DNA from: Patescibacteria group bacterium
GTDB taxonomy: Bacteria > Patescibacteriota > Dojkabacteria > J137
Direction of reading: 5' to 3'
DNA: 64,000 nucleotides
NCBI GenBank assembly: GCA_963169855.1
Contig: CAUJCN010000002.1
Span: forward strand, 5,508-69,507
How positions within the stretch are numbered: position 1 is the first letter of the stretch; every line of letters begins with the position of its first letter. Below the pieces are notes generated by a model. That model was not told where the DNA came from and searched no databases. It saw only the letters and a program-made list of their open reading frames with translations. Positions 37,780 to 47,719 of this stretch are shown here, piece by piece. The translations under genes were made by a program, and so were the position numbers.

Positions 37780-38463
37780 TTAGTTAGGAGTTTGAATAAT
37801 TTGAATGCTGTCGAAGTACTCGAATACTTCATCGAAGTTATGTGCGATATAGTCTGCCTTTACTGTAACTGACGGTCTACTTATGTTTTCAACAAATGCA
37901 ACGAATTTTTCTGCTGAGCCTTTTTCTCTGATTTGGTAATCTGTAAAGCCATCTCCAACTGCAACAAAGTAACCACTAAAATCAAAATTCTGAACAACTT
38001 TTACCTTACCTAATGCATCAGCTAATAGGTTTGTTGTGTCGAATCCATTTGAGTTTCCTTTTTCATCAAAAGTAAATTCATTGGCGTAAATGTTTTCAGA
38101 CTTTATTCCATAACCGTCAAGTGCAGGGATAATGAAATCCTTGAATCCTCCAGAAACTACTATAATTTCATCAGATCTTTTTATTATTCGATCCTTGTTA
38201 TTAACAAACGAATCTGTAAAGTTTGATCTTAATACATCAATCAGTTTACCGAGGTCAACTTTATTGAAAGATAAGATTTCCATTCTTCGGCTCAAAGATT
38301 CTTTAAAATCAATTTCACCTTTCATTCCCAACTCAGTAATCCAAGCAATTTGATTAGATATATCATTTGAACCGTTCTTTTGGTCAACAATCTTTGCTAG
38401 CTCATCCAGAGCTTCAAGTTTGTTTATTGTGCTATCAAAATCTATTATTAAATACTTTTTCAT
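37780..38463 (-). CDS. HAD-superfamily phosphatase, phosphoserine phosphatase-like (HAD-IB)
   Basis: Motif I DFDSTI, motif III K, and motif IV VGDGFTD. Confidence 0.65.
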   Translation of the reverse strand: MKKYLIIDFDSTINKLEALDELAKIVDQKNGSNDISNQIAWITELGMKGEIDFKESLSRRMEILSFNKVDLGKLIDVLRSNFTDSFVNNKDRIIKRSDEIIVVSGGFKDFIIPALDGYGIKSENIYANEFTFDEKGNSNGFDTTNLLADALGKVKVVQNFDFSGYFVAVGDGFTDYQIREKGSAEKFVAFVENISRPSVTVKADYIAHNFDEVFEYFDSIQIIQTPN

Positions 38464-38614
38464 ATTTTATTCTGGTTTACATATTACTAAATCTAAATTA
38501 AATAGTATATATAGTGCCTAAGAGCTTTGATGGATTGACAGTAAAAGAAATTTTCATTGTTGACTGCAGGTAAAAATTTTCGAATTTCTTTACAGAATAA
38601 TGTAAAATTCGAAA

Positions 38615-39526
38615 ATGGAGATTCCGGAAGAATTACAAAAACTCTATTCCCATTGGGAAAAGCACTCAAACTTTAAAATTGACAAGCCGCATAACTCCAT
38701 CATAGACTTTTCTCTGCTTTCTCAAATTGAGTTATTCATTTCAGAGAGAATGTATGTGTGGGAAAAGAAAATCTCAAACTCCCCAAAACCGTTCACATCT
38801 GATCAGATTTTATCCAACTATAGATTCTGTAATATTTATAGAGAGCTCGATAAGCAAACTATTACTATTCATAAGGACATTTCAAATTTAAAGAGTAATT
38901 TTGATTTGTGGCTTTTAAATTTAGCTTTTCATAGATTTGTATGTAGACCCGAAACTATATCAGAGGTAGGCCACTTGTCTTTTGACGACTCTAACAATAG
39001 AAAAGTTTTCGATAATCTGAGTAAACATTCGCGTCCGAAATACGGAACAGCATACATCTTCCCAATAAGTACCATTCAACGGAGTAAATATACAACCAGA
39101 GAGGAATTCTTCTGTTTTTATTTACCATTAGTAATTCCAGAAATCTCTGAATTACTTCAAAGTTTCGAAAACAAAACTGTAAATTCGTCATTAAAAGAAA
39201 TACTACCTTTATTTAAGTTCAATTTGAAATTCCACTGGACTGAAATATTGATTGATGTTGCTTATCAATTTCCTGAACTAATCAACCTATTTGAAGATTT
39301 TCATGTAGGTCCAGGAGCAATACCAACTTTACAAAGATTGGTTAAATCAAATGATATAAATTCAGGGTTGAATGAACTTCCGAATATCGAACTAAAATCC
39401 TTTCCCTATCTAACCTTGAATGATAGAAAAGTGCCTCTTTCTGCAGAGAACTGGGAAGGAATAGGATGTGAGTTTAGAAAATATACTAACTTGAAAAAAG
39501 GAGCTGGTAGAAAAAGAAGATTTTAA
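38615..39526 (+). CDS. Hypothetical protein (303 aa) adjacent to tRNA-Asn
   Basis: No family recognised; conserved-looking FCNIYRELDK segment. Confidence 0.5.
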   Translation: MEIPEELQKLYSHWEKHSNFKIDKPHNSIIDFSLLSQIELFISERMYVWEKKISNSPKPFTSDQILSNYRFCNIYRELDKQTITIHKDISNLKSNFDLWLLNLAFHRFVCRPETISEVGHLSFDDSNNRKVFDNLSKHSRPKYGTAYIFPISTIQRSKYTTREEFFCFYLPLVIPEISELLQSFENKTVNSSLKEILPLFKFNLKFHWTEILIDVAYQFPELINLFEDFHVGPGAIPTLQRLVKSNDINSGLNELPNIELKSFPYLTLNDRKVPLSAENWEGIGCEFRKYTNLKKGAGRKRRF

Positions 39527-39537
39527 GTATATACTTA

Positions 39538-39609
39538 CTGGGACGGCAGGACTCGAACCTGCAACCTTGTCGTTAACAGCGACTTGCTCAACCATTGAGC
39601 TACATCCCA
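39538..39609 (-). tRNA. tRNA-Asn (anticodon GUU)
   Basis: Minus strand TGGGATGTAGCTCAATGGTTGAGCAAGTCGCTGTTAACGACAAGGTTGCAGGTTCGAGTCCTGCCGTCCCAG folds as a cloverleaf with a 7-bp acceptor stem, T-loop TTCGAGT and anticodon loop CTGTTAA. CCA is not encoded. Confidence 0.85.
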
Positions 39610-39667
39610 ATTAGCTTGAAAAGATTATACATCAAATCGGTTCAAAACCAAATGGGAATAATCGGTA

Positions 39668-40354
39668 TTAAGCTTCGATCTGATTGCAAATATCGTCGAA
39701 TAGAATTCGTTCACTAACTGTACAATCTGCAGTTCCGTAAGTTGCAGTAATTACTTCTCTAAGACCTGGGCTCGCAAACTTGTTTACTAAATAGGCATAA
39801 ACAACTTCGCTTGTGATTTTTATTTTTGGTCTACCAACGTCTAACTCCGCTGTATCCGGTTTTTGGTATGCTCCAACGTAAGAGCTAAGAATAAACTCAA
39901 CAAGTGCTTTAAAGTTGTTATTTACAGATCTTTTTCTTAAGAGATCTATTGCAGCTGATAAGAAGACATTACTGCAAAGAATTTCTAACAAATCTTCGTC
40001 CAAATTTTCAACTTTGGGTAACTTATACACCAAGTCAGTTTCTGCTGTAACGCTAAAATTTGTTGTGTTACGAGTTGAAATCTTAGATAAAATTTCACCT
40101 GGAGTTCTAGCACCAATATAGTTAGCTGCTTCACTAAAAAGTTCAATCAGAAGATCAACTTTTATTTCATCAGTAATACCACAACCATTTTGAAGAAAAA
40201 CCTTAAATTTGTTTGCGATTGATACTAAAGATTCAATAGGAGAAACAAAAGTTTTTTGTTCTTCTGTTGCAATTGCTGATAAATAAGGAATGTTACTATC
40301 AATCAATGACTGTAGCTCATCTCTTGATAACTCTTCTTGTGTTACCTGTTCCAT
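39668..40354 (-). CDS. Hypothetical protein
   Basis: The ORF-table start (40408) is TTG; the ATG at 40354 (MEQVTQEELSRD...) is likelier. Confidence 0.45.
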   Translation of the reverse strand: MEQVTQEELSRDELQSLIDSNIPYLSAIATEEQKTFVSPIESLVSIANKFKVFLQNGCGITDEIKVDLLIELFSEAANYIGARTPGEILSKISTRNTTNFSVTAETDLVYKLPKVENLDEDLLEILCSNVFLSAAIDLLRKRSVNNNFKALVEFILSSYVGAYQKPDTAELDVGRPKIKITSEVVYAYLVNKFASPGLREVITATYGTADCTVSERILFDDICNQIEA

Positions 40355-40487
40355 AAAATTATTTTTAAACAAACTATATTGTACACTATCGTCACTTTTT
40401 GACGACAAAAAGCACTTGGTTGTATTAAGAAGTATTGCTTCGCAAAAAACGTAAACTGAATTATAATGACATGTTTACATTAAAATT

Positions 40488-40682
40488 ATGTTTGATTTCT
40501 TTACTTCAACTGTTGCAATTTGTTGTTGTGGGTTTATTTTCGTTTTGATCGTTATAGCTATTGTTTTAATCCTTTCATATCAAGCTGCTACTAAAAAAAG
40601 TACAAAGCAAGGTGTTAAAAAACAAGGTGAGAAAGAAATTCAGTACGAAGACGCAATATACAGGGATAAGGATACAAACTAG
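40488..40682 (+). CDS. Small membrane protein (64 aa), doubtful
   Basis: Single TM segment with Cys residues (AICCCGFIFVLIVIAIVLIL). Confidence 0.3.
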   Translation: MFDFFTSTVAICCCGFIFVLIVIAIVLILSYQAATKKSTKQGVKKQGEKEIQYEDAIYRDKDTN

Positions 40683-40801
40683 AAATTCTAAATCTTAAAT
40701 TCGAAATTATTTGTATTCAGAATTTTGACTTATTGTTCTATAATTTGGCATTTATTCAATAGGTTTCGGATTTATAACTTTATGTTTTTAGTCTTTCTTT
40801 A

Positions 40802-43249
40802 ATGACACCAATGCAGGAACAATACGAAAAGATTAAAGTCGATTATAAAGACTACATCGTATTTTTTCGTCTTGGTGACTTTTACGAAACTTTCGATAAT
40901 GATGCAATTCAAGTTGCGAATATTCTCGGTATTACACTAACAGGTCGTGGGAAGGATGATAATCGAAGACCAATGGCTGGAATCCCCCACCACGCTTTAG
41001 ATAACTACTTACCTAAGCTTTTAGATGCTGGTTGCAAAGTAGCGATTGCTGATCAAGTTGAAGAAGCAACACCTGGAAAATTAGTCGAAAGGCAGATTAC
41101 AAAGATAATTACACCAGGAACAATTACAGACGAAGAATCCCTTCAGAGTGATAAGAGTAATTTTGTAGGCTCTATTTGGATTACAAAGGAAACTAATTAC
41201 CTTACTTACCTCGATGTTAATGGGTCAGAAATCAATGTTTTATCTTCAAAAGATTTAACAGAGTTGATTAACGAAATTCGAAGAGCAAATATCAAAGAAG
41301 TTGTTGTAATTGAAAACCATGAATCTATAGAAACGCTATCTAACAATAATGTCTACCATAATGCATTAAAGAAGAACTTTTTCGATGAAGATGAATGCAC
41401 AAAACTTGTTCAAAATATTTTCGGTGTAAAAACAATAGGAGGATTTGGATTGAAAAACATATCAGATGAATACATAGCAATAGGTTCGCTTTTGAAATAC
41501 GTAAAAGATTGTTTAAGAACTGAACCTATCAACCTAATAAAGATTATTAACATTGTTCAAGATCAATATCTAAAAATGGATATGAACACAATTCGAAATC
41601 TTGAATTGTTCTATACGTCCTCTGGACAAGAAACGCCAACTTTAAATTCAGTAATTAACAAATGTGTAAATCCAGTTGGAAAAAGATCTTTACGAAGTTG
41701 GATTCTACGTCCAATTATCAATCCAGATCAACTAAACTCAAGATACAACAAAACTGAGTACTTTAAAGATAATCGATTTGAATGTGAAGAACTTCAGGAA
41801 ATTTTAAAATCAGTTTCAGATTTGGAAAGAATCAACTCTAGAATAGCACTAATGTCTGCGAATCCCAGGGATCTTCTAGCATTGAAGTATAGCTTGAATA
41901 TGTTCTTACAGTTAGAACAATCACTTGCGATTTCAGGAAGTTTGTTTGAAGATAACATTAAAATATTTGAAAGCAAAATAGAAATTCAATCCGTTGTAGA
42001 TTTAATCGAAAATGCAATTAGTGAAGAATCTTCAGTTGACCTTACAAATGGTGATGTAATTAAAATTGGTTTTAACCCAGAAATCGACGAGATCAAAAGC
42101 ATAACTAAGAATTCAAAAGATCATTTAAACAAAATTCAAGTTAGAGAAGTCGAACGAACTGGAATATCTACTCTGAAAGTTTCATTCAACAGTGTTTTTG
42201 GATACTACATCGAAGTTACAAAAAGTCATATTGCAAAAGTTCCTGAGGATTATATTAGAAAACAAACTCTAGCAAACGCAGAAAGGTACATCACACAAGA
42301 ACTTAAAGAACTAGAAGAAAAAATCCTATCAGCAAACGACAAATTAGTTAAACTTGAAGTCGAAGTCTACAAAACCATTTTAGAAAAGTTAGGAAAGTCT
42401 AAGTTACTAATCGCTGATATTGCAAAAATAGTTTCTGAATTAGATATTTATTCATCTCTTGGAAAGCTTGCAAGAGAAAATAATTATGTAAAACCTCAAA
42501 TCAAAGACTCTTCGAAAATTATTGATGGACGGCATCCAGTAATAGAAGATATTCTCAATGAATTCGTTCCAAATAATTTCGAAGTCTCAAGCGGCAAATG
42601 TATTAATTTAATCACTGGGCCAAACATGTCTGGAAAATCTACTTTCATCAGGCAAGTTGCATTAATTTACCTAATGGCACAAATTGGTTCATTCGTTCCA
42701 GCTAAAGAATTTACATTCACACCTGTAGATAAAATTTATTCCAGAGTTGGTGCTTCTGATAACCTTTCTCGTGGTGAATCTACATTTATGGTTGAGATGG
42801 TCGAAACAGCAAATATTTTGAATAATGCAACAAAGAATTCCTTAGTTATTTTGGACGAAGTTGGAAGAGGAACAAGTACGTATGATGGAGTTGCAATCGC
42901 TTGGTCAATTGTTGAGTATCTTTCAGACAAAGTTAAGCCAATCACATTATTTGCAACTCACTACCATGAGCTTACAGATATGGAGAAACTTCGAGATAAC
43001 ATAAAGAATCTCTCAGTCAGTGTTCACGATGATGGAAAAGAAATTGTATTCACTCACAAAATTATTGAAGGAAAAGCAAATAAAAGCTATGGAATTCACG
43101 TTGCAGAAATGGCTGGAGTTCCTAAAGATGTTGTAAAAAGAGCAAAAGAAATTTTGAATAAGTTTGAAACGCAACCTAAAACAAACTCTTCGACAAGCTC
43201 AGAGCGACTTCCAAGAAAGCCAGATACCGAACAATTGGGTCTTTTATAA
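40802..43249 (+). CDS. mutS: DNA mismatch repair protein MutS (MutS1 type with mismatch-binding domain I)
   Basis: N-terminal GDFYETF (Phe-x-Glu mismatch motif), Walker A TGPNMSGKST and the ABC ATPase C-terminal domain. 815 aa. Confidence 0.9.
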   Translation: MTPMQEQYEKIKVDYKDYIVFFRLGDFYETFDNDAIQVANILGITLTGRGKDDNRRPMAGIPHHALDNYLPKLLDAGCKVAIADQVEEATPGKLVERQITKIITPGTITDEESLQSDKSNFVGSIWITKETNYLTYLDVNGSEINVLSSKDLTELINEIRRANIKEVVVIENHESIETLSNNNVYHNALKKNFFDEDECTKLVQNIFGVKTIGGFGLKNISDEYIAIGSLLKYVKDCLRTEPINLIKIINIVQDQYLKMDMNTIRNLELFYTSSGQETPTLNSVINKCVNPVGKRSLRSWILRPIINPDQLNSRYNKTEYFKDNRFECEELQEILKSVSDLERINSRIALMSANPRDLLALKYSLNMFLQLEQSLAISGSLFEDNIKIFESKIEIQSVVDLIENAISEESSVDLTNGDVIKIGFNPEIDEIKSITKNSKDHLNKIQVREVERTGISTLKVSFNSVFGYYIEVTKSHIAKVPEDYIRKQTLANAERYITQELKELEEKILSANDKLVKLEVEVYKTILEKLGKSKLLIADIAKIVSELDIYSSLGKLARENNYVKPQIKDSSKIIDGRHPVIEDILNEFVPNNFEVSSGKCINLITGPNMSGKSTFIRQVALIYLMAQIGSFVPAKEFTFTPVDKIYSRVGASDNLSRGESTFMVEMVETANILNNATKNSLVILDEVGRGTSTYDGVAIAWSIVEYLSDKVKPITLFATHYHELTDMEKLRDNIKNLSVSVHDDGKEIVFTHKIIEGKANKSYGIHVAEMAGVPKDVVKRAKEILNKFETQPKTNSSTSSERLPRKPDTEQLGLL

Positions 43250-44233
43250 ACCTAACCCAACTTTAATCTTCTCCCAATTTTGCAGAATATTTATAAACGC
43301 AAAGCTGATAATTATTAATCCTGAGGCTTTGTAAAAAGTTGGCTGCATAAACTTAACAGATACGAAACTAATTACGGACAAAACAGGCAATGTTCCTAAG
43401 GCAAAAACCGCCATAATCAAAGCTCCTGTAAGAAAAGATCCAGAGGCAATTGCTGTAAATTGAGCAGCCTGTGTAAATCCACACGGAAGAATGAACGTTA
43501 TTGCTCCGGCAGCTATTGCAGATAAGTTATCAATTGAACTTGTCGTCTTACTCAAAAGATTAATTGATTTTGCTCCAAATCGTTTAGCTATTCCAAAATT
43601 GAAAATCTTAGCACCAAGCAAGTTGAATCCAAGAACTATAAAAACTACGAACAATACAATATCAACAACACTTTGAAATCCCAAAGTTGGTCTCAGAACG
43701 CTTCCTACAGCGCCAATCAAACCTCCTAAAACAAAGAATGCGACTAAACGCGAAACATGAAAAGAGAATATTGGTAAAATTTTTCCATTCTTAGAAAACT
43801 GTGAAGAAATACTCAACGCAATTCCCCCAACAACAGCCATACAAGTCGAAACCGAAGCAATAACTCCGATTATAAAAATACTCATGTAGTTAACTTCACC
43901 TTGAAAGTTGAAATCTACTTTTAACAAGTTCTGAAGAATTACGTAAATTGAGATTACAGATATACAAATCATTATTGCATCGAACCATTCTTTGGATTTA
44001 TTTCTTTTTCCAACAATTCCTGATTCCATTTTGTAACCATTTCTTTCGAGAATGTCTACAATTTTTGTCTTTATATCTTTTATTTTTTCATCTTCGTAGT
44101 TGACAACCACTTCATCTTTAGACTTTGAGTAGTTTATAGCAACAACTCCATCTAACGCCTTCACTTCTCTTTCGATAATTATTTCGCAAGCAGCACAGTG
44201 GATGCCTTCGATTTTAAATTTATATTCATTCAT
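43244..44233 (-). CDS. Heavy-metal-associated (HMA) domain fused to a polytopic permease (TauE/SafE-like, tentative); 3' end overlaps the mutS 3' end
   Basis: N-terminal HMA fold with GIHCAACE metal-binding motif, followed by about 7 TM helices. The ORF-table GTG at 44251; the ATG at 44233 (MNEYKFKIEGIHC) is preferred. Confidence 0.55.
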   Translation of the reverse strand: MNEYKFKIEGIHCAACEIIIEREVKALDGVVAINYSKSKDEVVVNYEDEKIKDIKTKIVDILERNGYKMESGIVGKRNKSKEWFDAIMICISVISIYVILQNLLKVDFNFQGEVNYMSIFIIGVIASVSTCMAVVGGIALSISSQFSKNGKILPIFSFHVSRLVAFFVLGGLIGAVGSVLRPTLGFQSVVDIVLFVVFIVLGFNLLGAKIFNFGIAKRFGAKSINLLSKTTSSIDNLSAIAAGAITFILPCGFTQAAQFTAIASGSFLTGALIMAVFALGTLPVLSVISFVSVKFMQPTFYKASGLIIISFAFINILQNWEKIKVGLGL

Positions 44234-44300
44234 ATTTAATTTATCATACACAAAGTTTTAAACTTGTACTATTCGAACTAAATTATTACAATTGTCCAGT

Positions 44301-45209
44301 ATGCAATTTAGGAAAAACCACATCACAATCACATTCATAATACTTTTGATCCTTGGAGGTATTACAATATATTTTGTAAATAAGACTCTCAATTCAAATA
44401 TTGTAACTCAGTATAAAGGATTTACAATAGACGAAAAGAAAAGTACTTACGAAAATTTATCATCTATTCCTGAGTTTTCATTGTTCTTAGATAGCGTTGC
44501 TAGAACAAGAATGGATTTTTTATTGAAAACTGAACCAGAGATTTTAACTTTAGCTGTTGTAAACGAAGGATTCGCTTCGATATCTCCTGAACAAACCGCT
44601 AAACTACAAACTCCTGAACAACTTCATAAATTGGAGAAAATTGTTCAGCTGCATTTTGTAAGAATGACAGGAGTTGATCTAAACAAGCTTGGAGATTTAA
44701 CAACAATTGGTGGGCAAAAAATTAGAGTTACTTCTCAAGACGGGACATATTCTATCCGTGATTCTGTAGGAAACACTTTTAAATTCGACAAATCCGTTTA
44801 TAAAACAGCAAATGGGTATTTTGTAAAACTAGATCAGATTCTGTTACCTACAAACGTTTCTTTCGCTAATGGTGTTCAAATTGAGCTTGATGAGACAATT
44901 GTCGAAAATGTAGATTTATTTGCGGGGAAAGAAAAGTGGACAGATGAACAAGACGCAAAATTGAAAAGCGATAACATTACGTACCTATTTTCTGAGGAGA
45001 TTGCTGAAGGAAAAACAATTGAAGACTATATATTAGTAGGGAAATATTCTGTATTTCAAATTGCAAATTTCACAGAAGTTAGATCTGCAACAGGATTAAC
45101 TTTACCAGTTACTGTGAGTGAAAACGAAATTAAAATTGGCGATCTCACAGTTGTTCCAGTACTCAATAACATAGAATCCAAAAACGGATTCATCCATTTT
45201 GTAAGATAA
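44301..45209 (+). CDS. Fasciclin (FAS1) domain-containing secreted protein
   Basis: N-terminal TM anchor; LTLAVVNEGFASISP (TxFAPxNxAF-like), LHFV and a C-terminal NGFIHFV (NGVIHxID-like). ATG at 44301 is preferred over TTG at 44292. Confidence 0.5.
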   Translation: MQFRKNHITITFIILLILGGITIYFVNKTLNSNIVTQYKGFTIDEKKSTYENLSSIPEFSLFLDSVARTRMDFLLKTEPEILTLAVVNEGFASISPEQTAKLQTPEQLHKLEKIVQLHFVRMTGVDLNKLGDLTTIGGQKIRVTSQDGTYSIRDSVGNTFKFDKSVYKTANGYFVKLDQILLPTNVSFANGVQIELDETIVENVDLFAGKEKWTDEQDAKLKSDNITYLFSEEIAEGKTIEDYILVGKYSVFQIANFTEVRSATGLTLPVTVSENEIKIGDLTVVPVLNNIESKNGFIHFVR

Positions 45210-45270
45210 CTTTCCTTAGTTGTACACTAAGCTCTACTTTATGTCATAATGGTATATTTACAAAATAACT

Positions 45271-46272
45271 ATGCTTAATACAATAACTACAGCAATATTA
45301 ATCGGATTTTTCGCAACAGCAATTTGGGCTCCGATATTAATTCAACTTTTATACAAGATGAATTTAGTTGTGAAAACAATCATGATGCCTGATCGTTCTA
45401 ACGAGGAATTTATGAAAATTCATGGACACAAATTTGGCACACCAACATTAGGTGGATTAATGATTTCCGTAACAGTAGCGATTGTATCTTTGTTTTTGAT
45501 TCCTGAACCGAATCTAAGATTAGTTTTCATTCTTCCTTTCGTTATTTATACAATTTACGGATTGGCTGAGGGAATGTTAACTTACGGTAGAAAGTTAAGT
45601 ACTAGATTAAAAGCTTTAGATAATAGTTTCGGTGTCAGATTAGGTAAACTTGTTCTACTATACTTAATTACTTTGCTTCCGCTAATTTTGCTTCAAAATC
45701 ACTACGGATTAAATAGCATTACATTCCTTGGAATAATTATTCCAGTCAATGCAGTTTCAATAATTATTGGATCGCTGTTCATGGTTTTTGCTATCTATGG
45801 AATGGAAATCATTGATGGTGCTGATGGCTTAGCAACTGGATTGTTCTTAATAGCGTTGGCTGCCTATATTGTTATTTCTGCAGCAACTGGTCATACAGAA
45901 TTACTTCCAATAATTGGTCTATTGATTGGTTCTTGTATTGTGTATTTGTACTTCAACATAAACCCAGCTAGAGTTTTCATGGGAGGAACGGGAACATTCC
46001 CAATCGCTTATTCTCTTTTGATGTTTGCTCTGATAACTAACACCGTAGATATTTTCTTTATAATGGGATTGGCTTTCTGGGCGGAAGTAACTTCCAGCTT
46101 CTTGCAAATTTTCTCGATGAAATTTTTAAAGAAAAAATTATTCAGAATTGCACCAATCCATCACTATTTCGAAGCTATTGGTTGGCCAGAAACAAAAATG
46201 GTGCAAAGATTTTGGTTGGCAGGAATTTGTTTTGCTTTACTATCACTTTGGATTTTCTCTGTAACCAGGTAA
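45271..46272 (+). CDS. mraY: Phospho-N-acetylmuramoyl-pentapeptide transferase MraY (or close polyprenyl-phosphate HexNAc-1-P transferase paralog)
   Basis: GTPTLGG, IIDGADGLA and C-terminal RIAPIHHYFEAIGWPE...RFW, closely matching the MraY APIHHHxELKGWPEPRV..RFW signature. Confidence 0.72.
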   Translation: MLNTITTAILIGFFATAIWAPILIQLLYKMNLVVKTIMMPDRSNEEFMKIHGHKFGTPTLGGLMISVTVAIVSLFLIPEPNLRLVFILPFVIYTIYGLAEGMLTYGRKLSTRLKALDNSFGVRLGKLVLLYLITLLPLILLQNHYGLNSITFLGIIIPVNAVSIIIGSLFMVFAIYGMEIIDGADGLATGLFLIALAAYIVISAATGHTELLPIIGLLIGSCIVYLYFNINPARVFMGGTGTFPIAYSLLMFALITNTVDIFFIMGLAFWAEVTSSFLQIFSMKFLKKKLFRIAPIHHYFEAIGWPETKMVQRFWLAGICFALLSLWIFSVTR

Positions 46273-46300
46273 ATAACCTCTTGATAGGGTAAAATAGGTT

Positions 46301-47719
46301 ATGACAGAAAGTTTTCTGAAAGTGTTACCACTTGCTTCTTATTTGATTGTGTTACTTACTCCTTTAATTATTTTGGCTATAGATGCCAGGGCTTTTACTT
46401 TCATTTTCTTTCTTTATGTTCTATACGGAATAATAAAATCTGCTAGTTTACTTTTAGGAACGATTGTTGGTTATTATCGCTTCAAATACGAAAGTCGAAT
46501 TAATTGGAAACAGAAACTTCTTAGTACAAATGAATCACTACCAAATCAACTTATAGCAATTCCTGTATACAAGGAAGATTTTTCGATCATAGCGAGATGT
46601 TTGGATTCAATAGTTACTCAAAATTACGATACTGAAAAACTCTTTGTATCTATTTCTATTGAAGAGAATCTAAAGTTTAATCATTTGAAGGAACAGATTT
46701 TGTGTAAGTACGAATCGATATTTAAGAATCGTATACTTGTTGTCCAACACATCCTACAACCAGACGAAGTTAAAGGAGCTGCATCAAATAGAACTTATGC
46801 TGTAAAAGAATTTTTAAGACAAACAGGACTTAAAGTTGAAGATTTTCTAGTAACATCTCCTGATGCTGATACTGTTTTTAACCAACAATACTTCTCTCGA
46901 ATTGCATACCAGTGGATTATCGATGGCTACTCTTATAACGTTTTTTATCAAACTGGAGCTTATAAATTTGACAACAACTTAAGAAAAGTACCTTTGATGG
47001 TTAGAATAGTTTCGATAGGAATTAGCCTTGGAACTTTATCCTCTGCTGTGACAGAAAATAAATACCGTTATACTTTCTCGTGTTTTACAATCCCATTGAG
47101 AACACTTATTGATATTAATTTTTGGGATATTTCGATTTCTATTGATGATACACCTCTTTACTGGAGAGCTTTTGATTATTTTAAAGGAAACTTTGAATGC
47201 AGGACTTTTTATATTCCAATCTCCGTAGATGCTATAGACTCGAAGAATTACTTCGATGCTCACGTTAAGCAATACAGGCAAATTCATCGGTGGGGTTGGG
47301 GTGTCATTGTATTTCCAAGTGCAATAAGAGCTTTGCTGAAAAGCGAAACTAATTTTACAAGAAAGTTAATCTCAACTTTATATTTCTTTGACATTTCAGT
47401 GTTCCTAAAGGCAATGCCAGCAAGTATTATTTTCTATCTACTTTTGATAAACACTTCAAATTTTTTAAGCACAATATCTTACATCAGCTTTGTGTTTCTA
47501 GTCGTAGGAAGTCCATGGGTGTTCAAATTCTCCCTAGAAAATAGTAAGATGTCTTTACTAACGGCATTGACAACAATTTTGTTTTTTTTACCAATGGGTT
47601 TAGTAAATATTTATCTTTATTGCTTAATTCCATTCTTTCATGCTGCAATTGAATTTGCATTTGGAATGAATGTAGTCAATAGAATTAATTGGTCGATAAA
47701 ATTACCAGAAGATGCGTAA
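46301..47719 (+). CDS. Family 2 membrane glycosyltransferase (processive-type, QxxRW motif)
   Basis: AIPVYKED...LDSIVTQNY (GT2 N-terminal pattern), DxD-like SPDADT, QIHRWGWG (Q-x-x-RW), and TM helices at both ends. Confidence 0.62.
   Translation: MTESFLKVLPLASYLIVLLTPLIILAIDARAFTFIFFLYVLYGIIKSASLLLGTIVGYYRFKYESRINWKQKLLSTNESLPNQLIAIPVYKEDFSIIARCLDSIVTQNYDTEKLFVSISIEENLKFNHLKEQILCKYESIFKNRILVVQHILQPDEVKGAASNRTYAVKEFLRQTGLKVEDFLVTSPDADTVFNQQYFSRIAYQWIIDGYSYNVFYQTGAYKFDNNLRKVPLMVRIVSIGISLGTLSSAVTENKYRYTFSCFTIPLRTLIDINFWDISISIDDTPLYWRAFDYFKGNFECRTFYIPISVDAIDSKNYFDAHVKQYRQIHRWGWGVIVFPSAIRALLKSETNFTRKLISTLYFFDISVFLKAMPASIIFYLLLINTSNFLSTISYISFVFLVVGSPWVFKFSLENSKMSLLTALTTILFFLPMGLVNIYLYCLIPFFHAAIEFAFGMNVVNRINWSIKLPEDA

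Noticed and set aside
39410-39610. 66-aa minus-strand ORF
   Set aside because: Overlaps tRNA-Asn and the 3' end of the 38615-39526 gene.
40683-40801. Sigma70-like promoter TTGACT...TATAAT upstream of mutS
   Set aside because: The spacer between the hexamers is only 8 nt, so it is not a credible -35/-10 pair.
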